NCBI RefSeq assembly: GCF_963921235.1
Contig: NC_086097.1
Span: forward strand, 83,514,001-83,578,000
Reading direction: 5' to 3'
DNA length: 64,000 nt
DNA from: Mobula hypostoma
Taxonomy: Eukaryota
The notes under the pieces: model-generated
What the model saw: the letters and a program-made list of their open reading frames with translations, nothing else
What the model was told of the DNA's origin: nothing
The model's database searches: none
Part shown: one piece after another, positions 23,781 through 35,622 of the stretch
Position numbering within the stretch: position 1 is the first letter of the stretch
How the letters are laid out: the number at the start of each line of letters is the position of its first letter
Translations under genes and position numbers: made by a program

Positions 23781-24084
23781 GACCCACATCCCTCTACTTT
23801 GACAATTCCTTTCCCTCTATGGATGCTGCTCGACCTGCATAGTTTCTCCGGCATATTGTTCGTTGCTCCAGGTTCCAGCACTTGCAGTCTCCCTTGAAAC
23901 CTTTCCCATCTGTGCTCCTGTCCGAATGTACTTTAAGGTCTTTTTTTGCCACAGCCACAGAGCACAGAAGCAAGCCCTTCCACGCCCTTCAGCCCAGCAT
24001 GTTCATTTCAACCACAACTTGCTTATCTTTACTAATTCTATTTTACAGCACTTGGCCTGCAGCCTTCTATGCCTTGGTGATGTA

Positions 24085-24660
24085 CTTAATAATAATAAGT
24101 ACTCTATTGATCCCGAGTGGGAAATTCTTTCATTACAGCAGCAACATTTAAAAACACACTTAGCAGTGTGCAGACTTAACTAACAATAAAATACATAATA
24201 ATAATATACACAATAATTTACTAATGTGCAATAATGTACAAAATAATAAAGCAGAGACTATTGTACCATGTGTGTTCTCCTGTCGCGCAGAGGTGAATTG
24301 TTGTATATGAATATTGCATTGGTAGGAAAGACTTTCTCTAACGATCCTTGTGACAACAGAGCTGAATGAGCCTGTTTGAAAGGTGCTTCGCTGCTTATTC
24401 AGTAGGTCATGGACAGGATTGTCCATAATGGTTTGTTTCGTGACCTCCTCTCCACCACTAACTCAAAGAAGTCCAGGTTGTAGCAAAGGACGGATTCAGC
24501 CTTTTGATGAATTAATTTAGCCTTTTTGTATCACCAGCACTGGCTGCTCCCCCAACATAAAACTGCAAAGAAGTTTGCACTCAATACAACAGATTGGTAA
24601 AAGATCTCCAACATCCTGCTGCACACGTTGAAGGATCTCATCTTCCTTAGAAAACAGAAC
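24085..24660 (-). mobile_element. Rex1/Babar-like LINE 3' end
   Basis: 24160-24426(-) MDNPVHDLLNKQRSTF...; typical 3' end tactctattgatcccgagtgggaaatt. Confidence 0.6.
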
Positions 24661-24671
24661 ATCTTATGAAG

Positions 24672-24732
24672 ATGCAAACAACAGGAATTCTGCAGATGCT
24701 GGAGATTCAAGCTGCGTTCACCAGCAACTTTT
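24672..24732. mobile_element. 61-bp PLE-derived micro-insertion with internal inversion and 11-bp TSD
   Basis: TSD ATCTTATGAAG at 24661-24671 and 24733-24743; left part is the element 3' end on -, right part (gctgcgttcaccagcaactttt) is on +. Confidence 0.8.
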
Positions 24733-25366
24733 ATCTTATGAAGGTGTTGTGAGAGTTTCTGCCTCCACCATCTAGTGCATTTCAGGCTTTATCTTCTGGT
24801 AACTCCAGAGAATTGAGCATAGAATTTAAGTCTGGCACTCCTTCTATCACCAAAGAAAAGTGATATCACATGAATGGGTTATTAAACTGAGTCTTTAACT
24901 GTGTGGCTAAGCTCAGTTCCCATACCATCCACAAATGATTGTTTTTGTTGCTGGCCAAATCAAAGGTGGTGACAGATCCACAGATAGGAGATTGAAAATC
25001 TGGTTGAATGGGGCCACAATAACAACTTCTCACTCGGTGTCCGTGTCACACCTTGGGTTTTGATGAGGGTTGTTTGCCCTTATAAAGGGCACATTCAGTG
25101 CAAAGGAGTTTATTGTGTGCCAGAGATTTAAAACAATTAGAAAAAGTGCACAAATATTTACAATGCAAAAAAAAGATAGAAGAGATAATAGAGACCCATC
25201 AGACCTTCAGGACTACAGCTTCAAAACATCAGTCTGAAGTAATACACCTCACCTAACCATACCCTCTCTCCCTTACCACTTACACCAAATGAAGCTTCAG
25301 CTAAGGAACACACACAAAAAATGCTGGTGAATGCAGCAGGCCAGGCAGCATCTATAGGAAGAAATA

Positions 25367-25405
25367 CAGTCAATGTTTCGGGCCGAGACACTTCGTCAGG
25401 ACTAA
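25367..25405 (-). ncRNA. Minimal type-I hammerhead ribozyme motif (both core boxes intact; triplet AUU)
   Basis: Minus strand UAGUC-CUGACGA-AGUGUCUCGGCCC-GAAA-CAUU-GACUG. Confidence 0.65.
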
Positions 25406-25719
25406 ATGAAAGAAGAGATAGTAAGAGATTTGAAGGGGGAGGGGGAGAGCCGAAATGATAGGAGAAGACAGGAGAGGGAGGGATGGAGCTAAGAGCTGGA
25501 AAGTTGATTGGCAAAAGGGATACGAGGCTGGAGAAGGGAGATGATCATGGGACGGAAGGCCTAGGGAGAAAGAAAGGGGGAGGGGAGCCCAGAGGATGGA
25601 GAGCAGACAAGGAGTTATAGTGGAAGAGACAGATGGAGAAAAAAGAGCGAGAGGGAAAAGGGGAAAAAAATAATAAATAAATAAGGGATGGCGTACCAAG
25701 GGGAGGTGGGGTATTAACG

Positions 25720-26423
25720 TGTAGCCCCCCCCCCCGGCCAGCTTCAGGGTTGCTTGGCTCGCTGTTGTCGAGGGAAACAGCCCTCGGCCCTGGCAAACTG
25801 AGTAATCAGTTTGTGTGGATGCTGTGTGATGTACCCCACCCCGCCCAAATAACAGACAATACACCAGATACGATTAAATGATTTACAGTTTATAGATATT
25901 ACTGGAACTATATAATTAATAGAGAATAAAATATAAAAGGAAAATAAAAGGCGCCACACTTATCAAAGTTCAATCTCTTCGTGCACAAACAGTTGGAGCT
26001 CAGGACCCTTCTTCTTCACCCTGCGACCCCTCGGACCACCTCGACCGGCCGTCTGGGACCAACAACAGTGGTCGACCAGACGCTCCACACGAGTCCGTCT
26101 CCGTCTCCTCTCCTCGCCGAACGCTCTGCTCAGGGTCCAACCCCGTTAGCAGACATCACAGCACCTGGTTCATCCTCTGTCTCTCTCTCCCGCCTTCTGC
26201 CCCAAAACCCCGCGCATACAATATCTTCAAATACACCAAAAACATAACAACTATCCCAAATGGTTTGTAACATATTCTTATCACACTCTAACTCAAAACA
26301 AGCTGCTAGTGCAAGAACTTTCTCAGTGTTTAACATAACAAAGAAGCATTCCCAAGTATAACATAACAAAGAAGCTATTTTAATTAGCCTACGCAGTAAC
26401 ATAAAAGACGAAACCCCCTTACA
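25720..26423. mobile_element. Solo LTR (704 bp)
   Basis: TGTAG...TTACA termini; 4-bp TSD AACG/AATG (25716-25719, 26424-26427); removing it restores the PLE sequence attAACGgaagttagagaagtc seen at about 63897. Confidence 0.85.
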
Positions 26424-27178
26424 AATGGAAGTTAGAGAAGTCACTGTTCATGCTATCAGGTTGGAGGCTACCCAGGAGGAATATAGGGTGTTGTTCCTCC
26501 AACCTGAGTGTGGTTTCATCTTGACAGTAGAGGAGGCCGTGGATAGACATATCAGAATGGGAATGGGACGTGGAATTAAAATGTGTGGCTACTGGGAGAT
26601 CCTGCTTTCTCTGGCGGACAGAGCGTGGGTGTTCAGCAAAACGGTCTCCCAGCCTCCGTCGAGTCTCACCAATATATAGAAGGCCACATCGGGAGTACCA
26701 GACGCAGAATATCACCCCAGCCGACTCACAGGTGAAGTATTGCCTCACCTGGAAGGACTGTCTGGGGCCCTGAATAGTGGTGAGGGAGGAAGTGTAAGGG
26801 CATATGTAGCACTTTTTGTTCCGCTTACAAGGATAAGTGTCGGGAGGGAGATCGGAGGGAAGGGATGGGGGGTGATGAATGGACAAGGGAGTCACGTAGG
26901 GAGCGATCCCTGTGGAAAGAGGGGAGAGGGAAAGATCTGCTTGGTGGTGGGATCCCGTTGGAGGTGGCGGAAGTTACAGAGAATTATATGTTGGACCCGG
27001 AGGCTGGTGGAGTGGTAGGTGAGGACCAGGGGAACCCTATTCCTAGTGGGGTGGCTGGAGGATGGGGTGAGAGCAGATGTGCGTGAAATGGGAGAGATGC
27101 GTTTGAAAGCAGAGTTGATGGTGGAGGAAGGGAAGCCCCTTTCCTTAAAAAAAGGAGGACATCGCCTTCGTCCTGGAA

Positions 27179-28771
27179 CCCATTGTCTCAGCTTGCTCCT
27201 GCCCCACCGAACTCATTTCTGCATACCTCGACACTGTTTTATCCCCCCCCCCGTACAATCCCTTCCCACCTATGTTCGTGACACTTCTCATGCTCTGAAT
27301 TTTTTCAAAGATTTTAAGTTCACTGGCCCCCACCACTTTATTTTCACGATGGATGTCCCGTCCCTATACCTCCATCCCCCACCAGGAAGGTCTCAAAGCT
27401 CTCCACTTGTTTTTGGATTCTAGACCTAACCAGTTCCCCTCTACCACCACTCTCCTCCATCTAGCGGAATTAGTCCTTACTCCTTAATATTAATTAATAA
27501 TTTCTCCTTTGGCTCCTCCCACTTCCTCCAAACTAAAGGTGTAGCCATGGGCACCTGTATGGGTCCCAGCTATGCCTTCCTTTTTGTTGGCTTTGTGGAA
27601 CAATCCATGTTCCAAGCCTATTCTGGTATCTGTCCCCCACTTTTCCTTCTCTACATCGACGACTGCATTGGCGCCGCTTCCTGCATGCATGCTGAGCTCG
27701 TTGACTTTATTAACTTTGCCTCCAACTTTCACCTTACCCCCAAGTTTACCTGGTCCATTTCTAACACTTCCCTCCCCTTTTTTGATCTTTCGGTCTCTAT
27801 CTCTGAAGACAGCTTATCTACTGATGTCCACTATAAGCCTACAGACTCTCACAGTTACCTGGACTATTCCTCTTCCCACCCTGTCTCTTGCAAAAATGCC
27901 AGCCCATTCTTGCAATTCCTCCGTCTCCGCCGCATATGCTCTGAGGATGAGGCTTTTCATTCTAGGCTGGAGGAGATGTCCTCCTTTTTTAAAGAAAGGG
28001 GCTTCCCTTCCTCCACCATCAACTCTGCTCTCAAACGCATCTCTCCCATTTCACGTACATCTGCTCTCACTCCATCCTCCCGCCACCCCACTAGGAATAG
28101 GGTTCCCCTTGTCCTCACCTATCACCTCACCAGCCTCCGGGTCCAACATATAATTCTCCGTAACTTCTGCCACCTCCAACGGGATCCCACCACAAAGCAC
28201 ATCTTTCCCTACCCCCCTCTTTCTGCTTTCCGCAGGGATCGCTCCCTACGCGACTCCCTTGTCCATTCTCCCCCCCCCCCATCCCTTCCCACCGATCTCC
28301 CTGCCGGCACTTATCCTTCTAACGAAACAAGTGCGATACATGCCCTTACACTTCCTCCCTTACCACCATTCAGGGCCCCAGACAGTCCTTCCAGGCGAGG
28401 CGACATTTCACCTGTGGGTTGGCTGGGGTGATATACTGCATCCGGTGCTCCCGATGTGGCCTTCTATATACTGGCGAGACCCAATGCAGGCTGGGAGATT
28501 ATTTCACTGAACACCTATGCTCTGTCTGCCAGAGAAAACAGGATCTCCCAGTGGCCACACATTTTAATTCCACATCCCATTCCCATTCTGACATGTCTAT
28601 CCATGGTCTCCTCTACTGTCAAGATGAAGCCACACTCAGGTTGGAGGAACAACACCTTATATTCCGTCTGGGTAGCCTCCAACCTGATGGCATGAACATT
28701 GATATCTCAAACTTCCATTAATGCCCCACCTCCCCTTCGTACCCCATCCCTTATTTATTTATTTATTCATT

Positions 28772-28803
<32 letters not shown>

Positions 28804-29183
28804 TTTCTCCCTCTCACTATATCTCCTTGCCTGCTCTCCATTCTCTGGGCTCCCCTCCCCCTTTCTTTCTCCCTAGGCTTCCCGTCCCATTGATCCTCTC
28901 CCTTCTCCAGCCTTGTATCCCTTTTGCCAATCAACTTTCCAGCTCTTGGCTCCATCCCTTCCCCCCCCCCACTCCTGTCTTCTCCTATCATTTGCATCTC
29001 CCCCTCCCCCTCCCACTTTCAAATCTCTCACTAACTCTTCCTTCAGTTAGTCCTGACGAAGGGTCTCAGCCCGAACTGTCGACTGTACCTCTTCCCAGAG
29101 ATGCTGCCTGGCCTGCTGCGTTCACCAGCATTTTTTGTGTGTGTTGCTTGAATTTCCAGCATCTGCAGATTTCCTCGTGTTTG
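27179..29183 (+). mobile_element. Penelope-like element (Neptune-like), 5'-truncated and frameshifted: RT + Cys linker + GIY-YIG + 3' UTR
   Basis: PIVSACSCPTEL, FTMDVPSLY, GVAMGTCMGPSYAFLFV, LYIDD, YLDYSSSHP, GVIYCIRCSRCGLLYTGET; (CT)n and hammerhead motif in the 3' UTR. Confidence 0.92.
29048..29085 (+). ncRNA. Hammerhead ribozyme motif in PLE 3' UTR (GAAAC mutated to GAACU)
   Basis: UAGUC-CUGACGA-AGGGUCUCAGCCC-GAA-CUGUC-GACUG. Confidence 0.6.
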
Positions 29184-29709
29184 AGGATCTCCTTACTTTA
29201 AGGGAAAAGGGATAGTCCATTCTGTGGAATGTGGGGGAGTAGTTATCATGAGCCTGAATAATCGTACAAAACCCAAAAGGCAGGAATTCACATCTCTCTT
29301 CACAATCACAAATCTCCTCAAATACATTCATCACAATAAGATAAAATTACATTGTGCAACAAATCAATCAATAACTAACCATTTTCCAGGAGCCAGCCTT
29401 CTTCTCCACCCCTATGATGAAGTCTTCCACAGAGGCAGCTCAGAGCAGGTGCCACCACAAACAGGCATCTTTGTTAGACACCTGTCATCAGTCAGGTCCC
29501 CTCCCTGAAACTATGGTAGCCACAACAAACAGGGCACGTCAAGCAATGCCACTGTCCTGGAGTGTGCAAGTACAAACAAAAACATCCAAGCCTGGCATGT
29601 GTACGCAATAAGCATAACGTCAGCACTGCCAGACAGGGATAATGAGAATTACGGGGCTATTGGGAGAGTTGGGGGTGAAGATTTCACTTGTCGCAGACTG
29701 GCTCTGTCA

Positions 29710-30140
29710 CAGTCTGCTGAACCAGAGAGCTGATAATTGGTCCATGAGCCAGTCCTCATCCAGGGATCAGAGGTGGAGAAGGTGGGTAACTTCAAAATCC
29801 TAGATGTTATCATTTTAGTGGATCTGTTTTGGGACAAGCAGGTAAGTGCCATCAGAAGCTGGAGAGTACCCTGACTGGTTGCGTCGTGGCCTGATAGGGA
29901 AACACCAATTCTCATGAACAGAAAAGCCAACAAAAAGTAATGGCGACAGCCCAGTGCATCACAGGAAAACCACTCCCCCTCATTGAGCACATTTACATGG
30001 AGCGCTGCCACAAGAAAGCAGCATCCACCATCAAGGATCCGCACCATCTAAGCCACGTTCACTTCTCATGCCATCAAAAAGCAAGTACAGGAGCCTAAGG
30101 TCTTTCACCACCAGGTTCAGGAACAATTATTACCCTTCAT
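29710..30140 (+). mobile_element. Rex1/Babar-like LINE fragment
   Basis: gagccagtcctcatc...gaggtggagaaggtg...aagaaagcagcatccaccatcaaggatcc...accaggttcaggaacaattattaccc, homologous to other copies. Confidence 0.7.
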
Positions 30141-30152
30141 TACAAGTCTACC

Positions 30153-31977
30153 CTGTGTGTCAACTGCCAGGCCTGCACACGCAGGCTCCTCCCAGTCACC
30201 ACTCAGCTAATGGGAGTCACTTGCCCACTTGTTTTCACCTCGTCACCTGCAGTGTATTTAAACTCAGCTCTCATCCACAACCCTTGTTCACTCATTTGAA
30301 CCAGCCAGCCTCAACAGTTGCTCCAAGCTTTCAGGCGTTATCTTCTTGCCTTCCATGGTTAATTGTCTTTTCTCTTTAATTTTGTGGCCCTCGTGGCTTG
30401 TAATTTTGCAGTTTATTATTAAAGTAATCACTCATCGCTTAATCATCTCCACTGCTCTGCGTTTGGGTGAAGCCTCCTCTATGTTCCCTGACAGGATGAG
30501 TGAACCTGCATTGACCCAGCAGAGTTTGCTCGTCTGAAGGAGGTTGCCTGTCGACATGAGCACACAATCTACACGAAACCACTGACCATTTGCTCGCCAC
30601 TCTCTTCCAACTCTCCATCTTAACACACCAGCCCCGCACAGTGAACCTCCCTCTGAGCACAGATTCCAGTGCCCAGAAGCTTTGATGGATCCCCAACCCA
30701 ATGCTGCAACTCCCAGTCTCAGTGTGTCTTCCACTTCAGTCTCCAGCCATCGTTGTCTGCTACAAACTGAGCCAAGAGTGCCTTCGTCATCTCTCTCTTG
30801 ATTGGACAAGCTCTGGCCTGGGCCAATAAACCACATATGAGGAATTCACTGTTGAGCTGCATTACGTTTTTGACCATCTGGGAAGTGGAAGGGGGAGCAG
30901 TGGACCAGATACTTCGCCTGTGTCAAAGCACACACTCAGTGCTGAAATACACCGTGGAATTCAGGATCCTTGCAGTGTGGTGCAGGTGGAATGCGGAAAT
31001 GCTGCTGGCCCATTACTGTCACAGCCTTTTGGAGTGCTTGAAAGATGAGCTATGTACCTTTGGAGATGCCCACTGACCTCAAAAGCCATATAAATCTGGC
31101 CCAACCGAATAGACAAGCGTCTCATGGAACCACCCTCCAGATCATCAGCTGGATCCCCAGTTCCATTCCCAGAACCACTTCGGGCTGCAGGACCCCCATC
31201 AGCAACACCTCCAGAACACGTGCATTTAGGAAGAGCTTCGTTAACCACCAAGAGTATGAGCATTGATGGAAAAGCAACTTGTGTGCCTACTGCAGAGCAG
31301 CCGACCACCCATGCATCAAATGTCCAGCGCATCCAAGAAACGGCACCACCGGGAAGAGACGAGGGACTCTTATCTGGTAAGCTTCCCCTGGCCTCTCATT
31401 CTAGCACCAAAGCCTGACTCACTATCTCTGTCCTCCTCTACACCTCGAGGGCTCTATACATACAGGAGGCTCTAGTGGATTCTGGTGCAGCCAGCAACTT
31501 TCTGGACCGGACTCCATGTGTGTAGCCTGTCTCGCACCCATTCTGCATCACGGCCATTGACGAACATCCCTTGGGATCTGGAATGGTCAGAGCACCACAC
31601 ACATGGCCTATGTACATGATCATTGGAGAGCATCGCAAATCCATCCAATTTCTCCTGATCGACTCACTGAACGTTTCTCTCAGCTTGGGTTACCTCTGGC
31701 TCTCCACTCACTTTGCCTGGTCATCTAGTTGGGGACCCACCTGCCTGCAACCTCAATTGATTTCACCCTGTAAATCTGTGGAGACTAAGGAAAACCCTGA
31801 CCTCATTGAAGTCCCACAGGAATACCACGACTTAGCCATTGCCTTCAGTAAAAGAGAAGCCAGCACCCTACCATCTCACAGACCACAGGACTGTGTGGTC
31901 AACCTCTATACCACCCAATCCCCATGGCATCTGATTTCCCTCTACCTGCCTGAGACCCAAACCATGAATGATTACAT
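30153..31977 (+). mobile_element. Gypsy (Sushi/chromovirus-like) LTR retrotransposon remnant: 5' LTR, gag, protease, start of RT
   Basis: LTR-like segment ending ccctgaca at about 30493; gag FVISLLIGQALAWA...RLCQ...EFRILA...LKDEL; CCHC knuckle CAYCRAADHPCIKC 31282-31323; protease ALVDSGAASNFLD (GAT 31478); VPQEYHDLAIAFSKREASTLPSHRPQDC. Confidence 0.88.
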
Positions 31978-32128
31978 CTAACTGAAATCAGTTAGTCCTG
32001 ACGAAGGGTCTCAGCCCGAAACATTGACTGTACTTCTTCCTATAGATGCTGCCTGGCCTGCTGTGTTCCACCAGCTTTTTGTGTGAGTTGCTTGAAATTC
32101 TAGCATCTGCAGATTTTCTCGTGTTTGC
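31978..32128 (+). mobile_element. PLE-derived short element with hammerhead motif and 8-bp 5' fold-back
   Basis: CTAACTGA-aa-TCAGTTAG hairpin (31978-31995) followed by the PLE 3' end. Confidence 0.8.
31993..32030 (+). ncRNA. Minimal type-I hammerhead ribozyme motif (core boxes intact; triplet AUU)
   Basis: UAGUC-CUGACGA-AGGGUCUCAGCCC-GAAA-CAUU-GACUG. Confidence 0.7.
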
Positions 32129-32192
32129 GTGATTCTACGACCTATGGACTCATTCTCAAGGATTCTACAACTCACGTTCTCAATACCATTTA

Positions 32193-33775
32193 CAGTGTCT
32201 ATAAAAAGTATTCACCCCCCCCCCCCGGAAGTTTTCATATTTTATTGTTTTGTAACATTGAATCACAGTAGATTTAATTTGGCTTTTTTGACACTGATCA
32301 ACAGAAAAAGACTCTTTCAGGTCAAAGTGAAAACAGATCTCTACAAAGTGATCTAACTTAATTACAAATATAAAACATAAAATAATTGATTTCATAAGTA
32401 TTCACCACCTTCAATCAGTACTTAGTAGATGCCCTTTTGGCAGCAATTCCAGCTTTGAGTCTGTGTGGATTGGTCTCTATCAGCTTTGCACATCTGGACA
32501 CTGCAACTTTTTCCCATTCTTCTTCACAAAACTGCCCAAACTCTGTCAAATTGCATGGGGATCGTGAGTGAACAGCCCTTTTCAAGTCCAACCCGAATTT
32601 CTCAATTGGATTGACGTCTGGACTCTGACTTGGCCACTCCAGGACATTAACTTTGTTGTTTTTAAGCCATTCCTGTGTAGCTTTGGCTTTATGCTTAGGG
32701 TCATTGTCTTGGGGAAACAAGTCGCAGTTCTGTTGCAGACTGTATCAGGTTTTCCTCCAGAATTTCCTTGTTTTTGCTGTATTCATTTTACCATCTACCT
32801 TCACAAGCCTTCCAGGGCCTGCTGCAGTGAAGCATCCCCACAGCATGATGCAGCCACCTCCATACTTTTTGATGATATGGGGGTGTTTTGCTTACGCCAA
32901 ACACAGCGTTCAGTCTAAAGGCCAAAAAGCTCAATTTTGGTTTCATCAGACCATAGAACCTTCTTTCAGGTGACTTCAGAGTCTCCCACGTGTCTTCTGA
33001 CAAACTCTAGGTGAGATTTCATTTGAGATTTTTTTCACTTTCTCTTTGCCACTGTCACGTAAAACTGCGATTGGTGAAGCACCTGGGCAACAGGTGTTGT
33101 ATGTGCAGTCTCTCCCATCTCAGCCACTGAAGCTTGTAACTCCTCCAGAGTTGTCATAGATCTCTGGGTGGCCTCCCTCTCTAGTCCCCTTCTTGCATGC
33201 TCACTTAGTTTTTGAGGATGGCCTGTTCTAGGCAGATTTTCAGCTGTGCCTTATTCTTTCCATTTCCTGATGATTGACAACTGTACTCCAAGGGATACTC
33301 TGTGACTTGGAAATTTTCTTGTATCCATCTCCTGACTTGCGCTTTTCAATAACCTTTACACGGAGTTGCTCAGAGTATTCTTTTGTCTTCATGGTGTAGT
33401 TTTTGTCAGGATATTGACTCACCAGCAGTTGGACCTTCCAGATACAGGTGTATTGTTACTACAATCAATTGCAACACCTTGACTGCACACTATGATTCCC
33501 ATTTAACTAATTATGTGACTTCTAAAACCAATTGGCTGCACCAGTGATGATTTGGTGTGTCATATTAAAGAGGGGCAATCAATTATTTTGTGTTTTATAT
33601 TTGAAATTAATTTAGATCACTTTTTAGAGATCTGTTTTCACTTTGACCCAAAACGGTCTTTTTCTGTTCATCAGTGTCAAAAAAGCCAAATTAAATCCAC
33701 TGTGATTCAAAGTTGTAAAACAATAAAACATGAAAACTTCCAAAGGGAGGGGTTGAATACTTCCTATAGGCACTG
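32193..33775 (-). mobile_element. Near full-length Tc1 transposon (1583 bp) with about 200-bp TIRs and a disrupted transposase
   Basis: TA|CAGTG...CACTG|TA; TIRs about 32193-32392 and 33577-33775; MKTKEYSEQLRVKVIEKRKSGDGYKKISK and QDNDPKH...WPSQSPDVNPIE. Confidence 0.95.
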
Positions 33776-33789
33776 TATTTACTACTATT

Positions 33790-34815
33790 ACTATTTTTTT
33801 AGTATTTTCACAGTTCACCTTTGCACATGGGTTGTTTGTCCATCTTTGTATGTAGTTTTTCATTGATTCTATTGCACCTACTGTGAATGCCCACAAGAAA
33901 AAGAATCTCAGGGTAGTATATGGTGACACATACGTACTTTGATAATAAATTGACTTTAAACTTTGAACTGTTGAACTTTGAAATTCACTGATGACACCAC
34001 AGTTGTTGGCTGAACCACGACCAGTGATGAGTCAGCGTACGGGAGTGAGATATAACATCCAGTTGAATTGTGCTGCAATTACAAACGTATTCAGTGTCAA
34101 CAAAACGACGAAGCTAATCATTGACTTCAGAAAGGGAATGTTGGGAGACAACATGCCAGTTCTCATTGGTGGGTCAGAGATGGAGAGAGTAAACAGCTTC
34201 AAATTCCCGTGCAAGAGCATCTTGGATGACCTGTCCTGGGTTAATTACATAGATGCAATCATGAAGAAGGTACACCAGCACCTTGACTTTGTTAGAAGCT
34301 TAAGGAGATTTGGCATGTCACCAAATACCGGCTTTTAAAGATATATTGTTGAAAGTATTCTAACTCTATTCCACATTCTGTTAATGCATTTCTGACGTAT
34401 AATCAAGGATATAATCATGGATTTCAGCATGTGTATCATGCCCTCTTCTTGTTGCTATCGTCAGGCTGGAGGTACAGAAGCCTGAGGTGTTAAAGCACCG
34501 GGTTCACAAATAACTTAACTATAAGCATCAGGTTCTTGAATCAACCATTGTAACCCAAATCGTACCTCAGCAATGGAACACTCTGGGCCACCTCTTGTAC
34601 TTCACTTGACTTGTCACCGATTGTGATTTATTTTTGCAATAATGTCTTGGTTTGCATGATCTTTATTTTGTTTTTACCATGCTGTATAATTTATGTTTAA
34701 CTTATGTATAATTTATCTGTTTGTTGTGTAAACCTGTATGTAATGCTGCTGTAAACAAGTTTTTCATTGTACCTGTACCTCAGCATACTTGTGCACATGA
34801 CAATAAACTTAACTT
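33790..34815 (+). mobile_element. Rex1/Babar-like LINE fragments
   Basis: 33991-34338 SVNKTTKLIIDFRKG...MERVNSFKF...DDLSWVNYIDAIMKK...LRRFGMS. Confidence 0.7.
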
Positions 34816-35622
34816 GAACAGCAAAAAGAGTCTGTCAAAGATTAACAAAAAGAACTAGAGTGTGACATAAAGTTTGCTAAAAACGTAAAAAGCAGATAAA
34901 AAGTTTTTTTTGTGCATTTTTTTTAAAAGAAAAGTATTAATAAAGTGAATTTTAGGCCATAGAAAGTGTGTCCAGGGATTTAATAATACAATATAGTAAA
35001 ATGACAGATGAATTAAATAGGTAATTTTAGTTTTAGTTGATACCACATTCCAGAAATAATGATAAATTGGGAATTAAGAGGAAGAACTCAGGAAATTGTA
35101 ATCATCAGAGAGTCAATACTGAGTATTTTGCGCATACAGAGCTACAGGTTGTCAAGTTCCTAAGTCCTGATGAACATTATCATTGAATCTCAAAGAAAAT
35201 TATGATCTTCCAAAATTTCACACATTTGGGGAAATCTCCAATAGTTTTGAATATTGCAAATACAACTCCTTTATTCAAAAAGTCAGCAAGTAGAAAAACA
35301 CGGACTATTTTTCTTTAATATGTATCAAACAAAAGCTATTACAGGCATTAGAGTAGCATGGGGCACTTAGAAAATAATCAAAATAATTAGGTAAAGTCAA
35401 GATGGTTTTGAGAAAGAGAAATCATATTTGACCACTTTATTGAAGCTCTTTGGAGAAGTAATAAGTGCTTTAGATAAAGTAAACATTCGACATTTAGAAG
35501 GCATTGACAAACTACCTCATCAAAGCTACTGCAGGAAAGAAAAGTTCAAGATGCAGTAGGTAACATGAATAGAATATTGGCTTTTTTTGGATGACAGGTA
35601 TGATTCATAATTTTAAATTGTG

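Larger units (their letters stand above)
25308..27178 (-). mobile_element. Inverted arm of the Penelope-like element (GIY-YIG + 3' UTR + hammerhead), interrupted by a solo LTR
   Basis: 26419-26895(-) YPCKRNKKCYICPY...GVIFCVWYSRCGLLYIGETRRRLGDRFAEH; reverse complement of about 27960-29140. Confidence 0.9.

Noticed and set aside
27547-28721. PLE ORFs as an active element or a selenoprotein-type PLE
   Set aside because: 5'-truncated with several frameshifts; GIY-YIG is C-terminal and I could see no conserved in-frame TGA or SECIS evidence.
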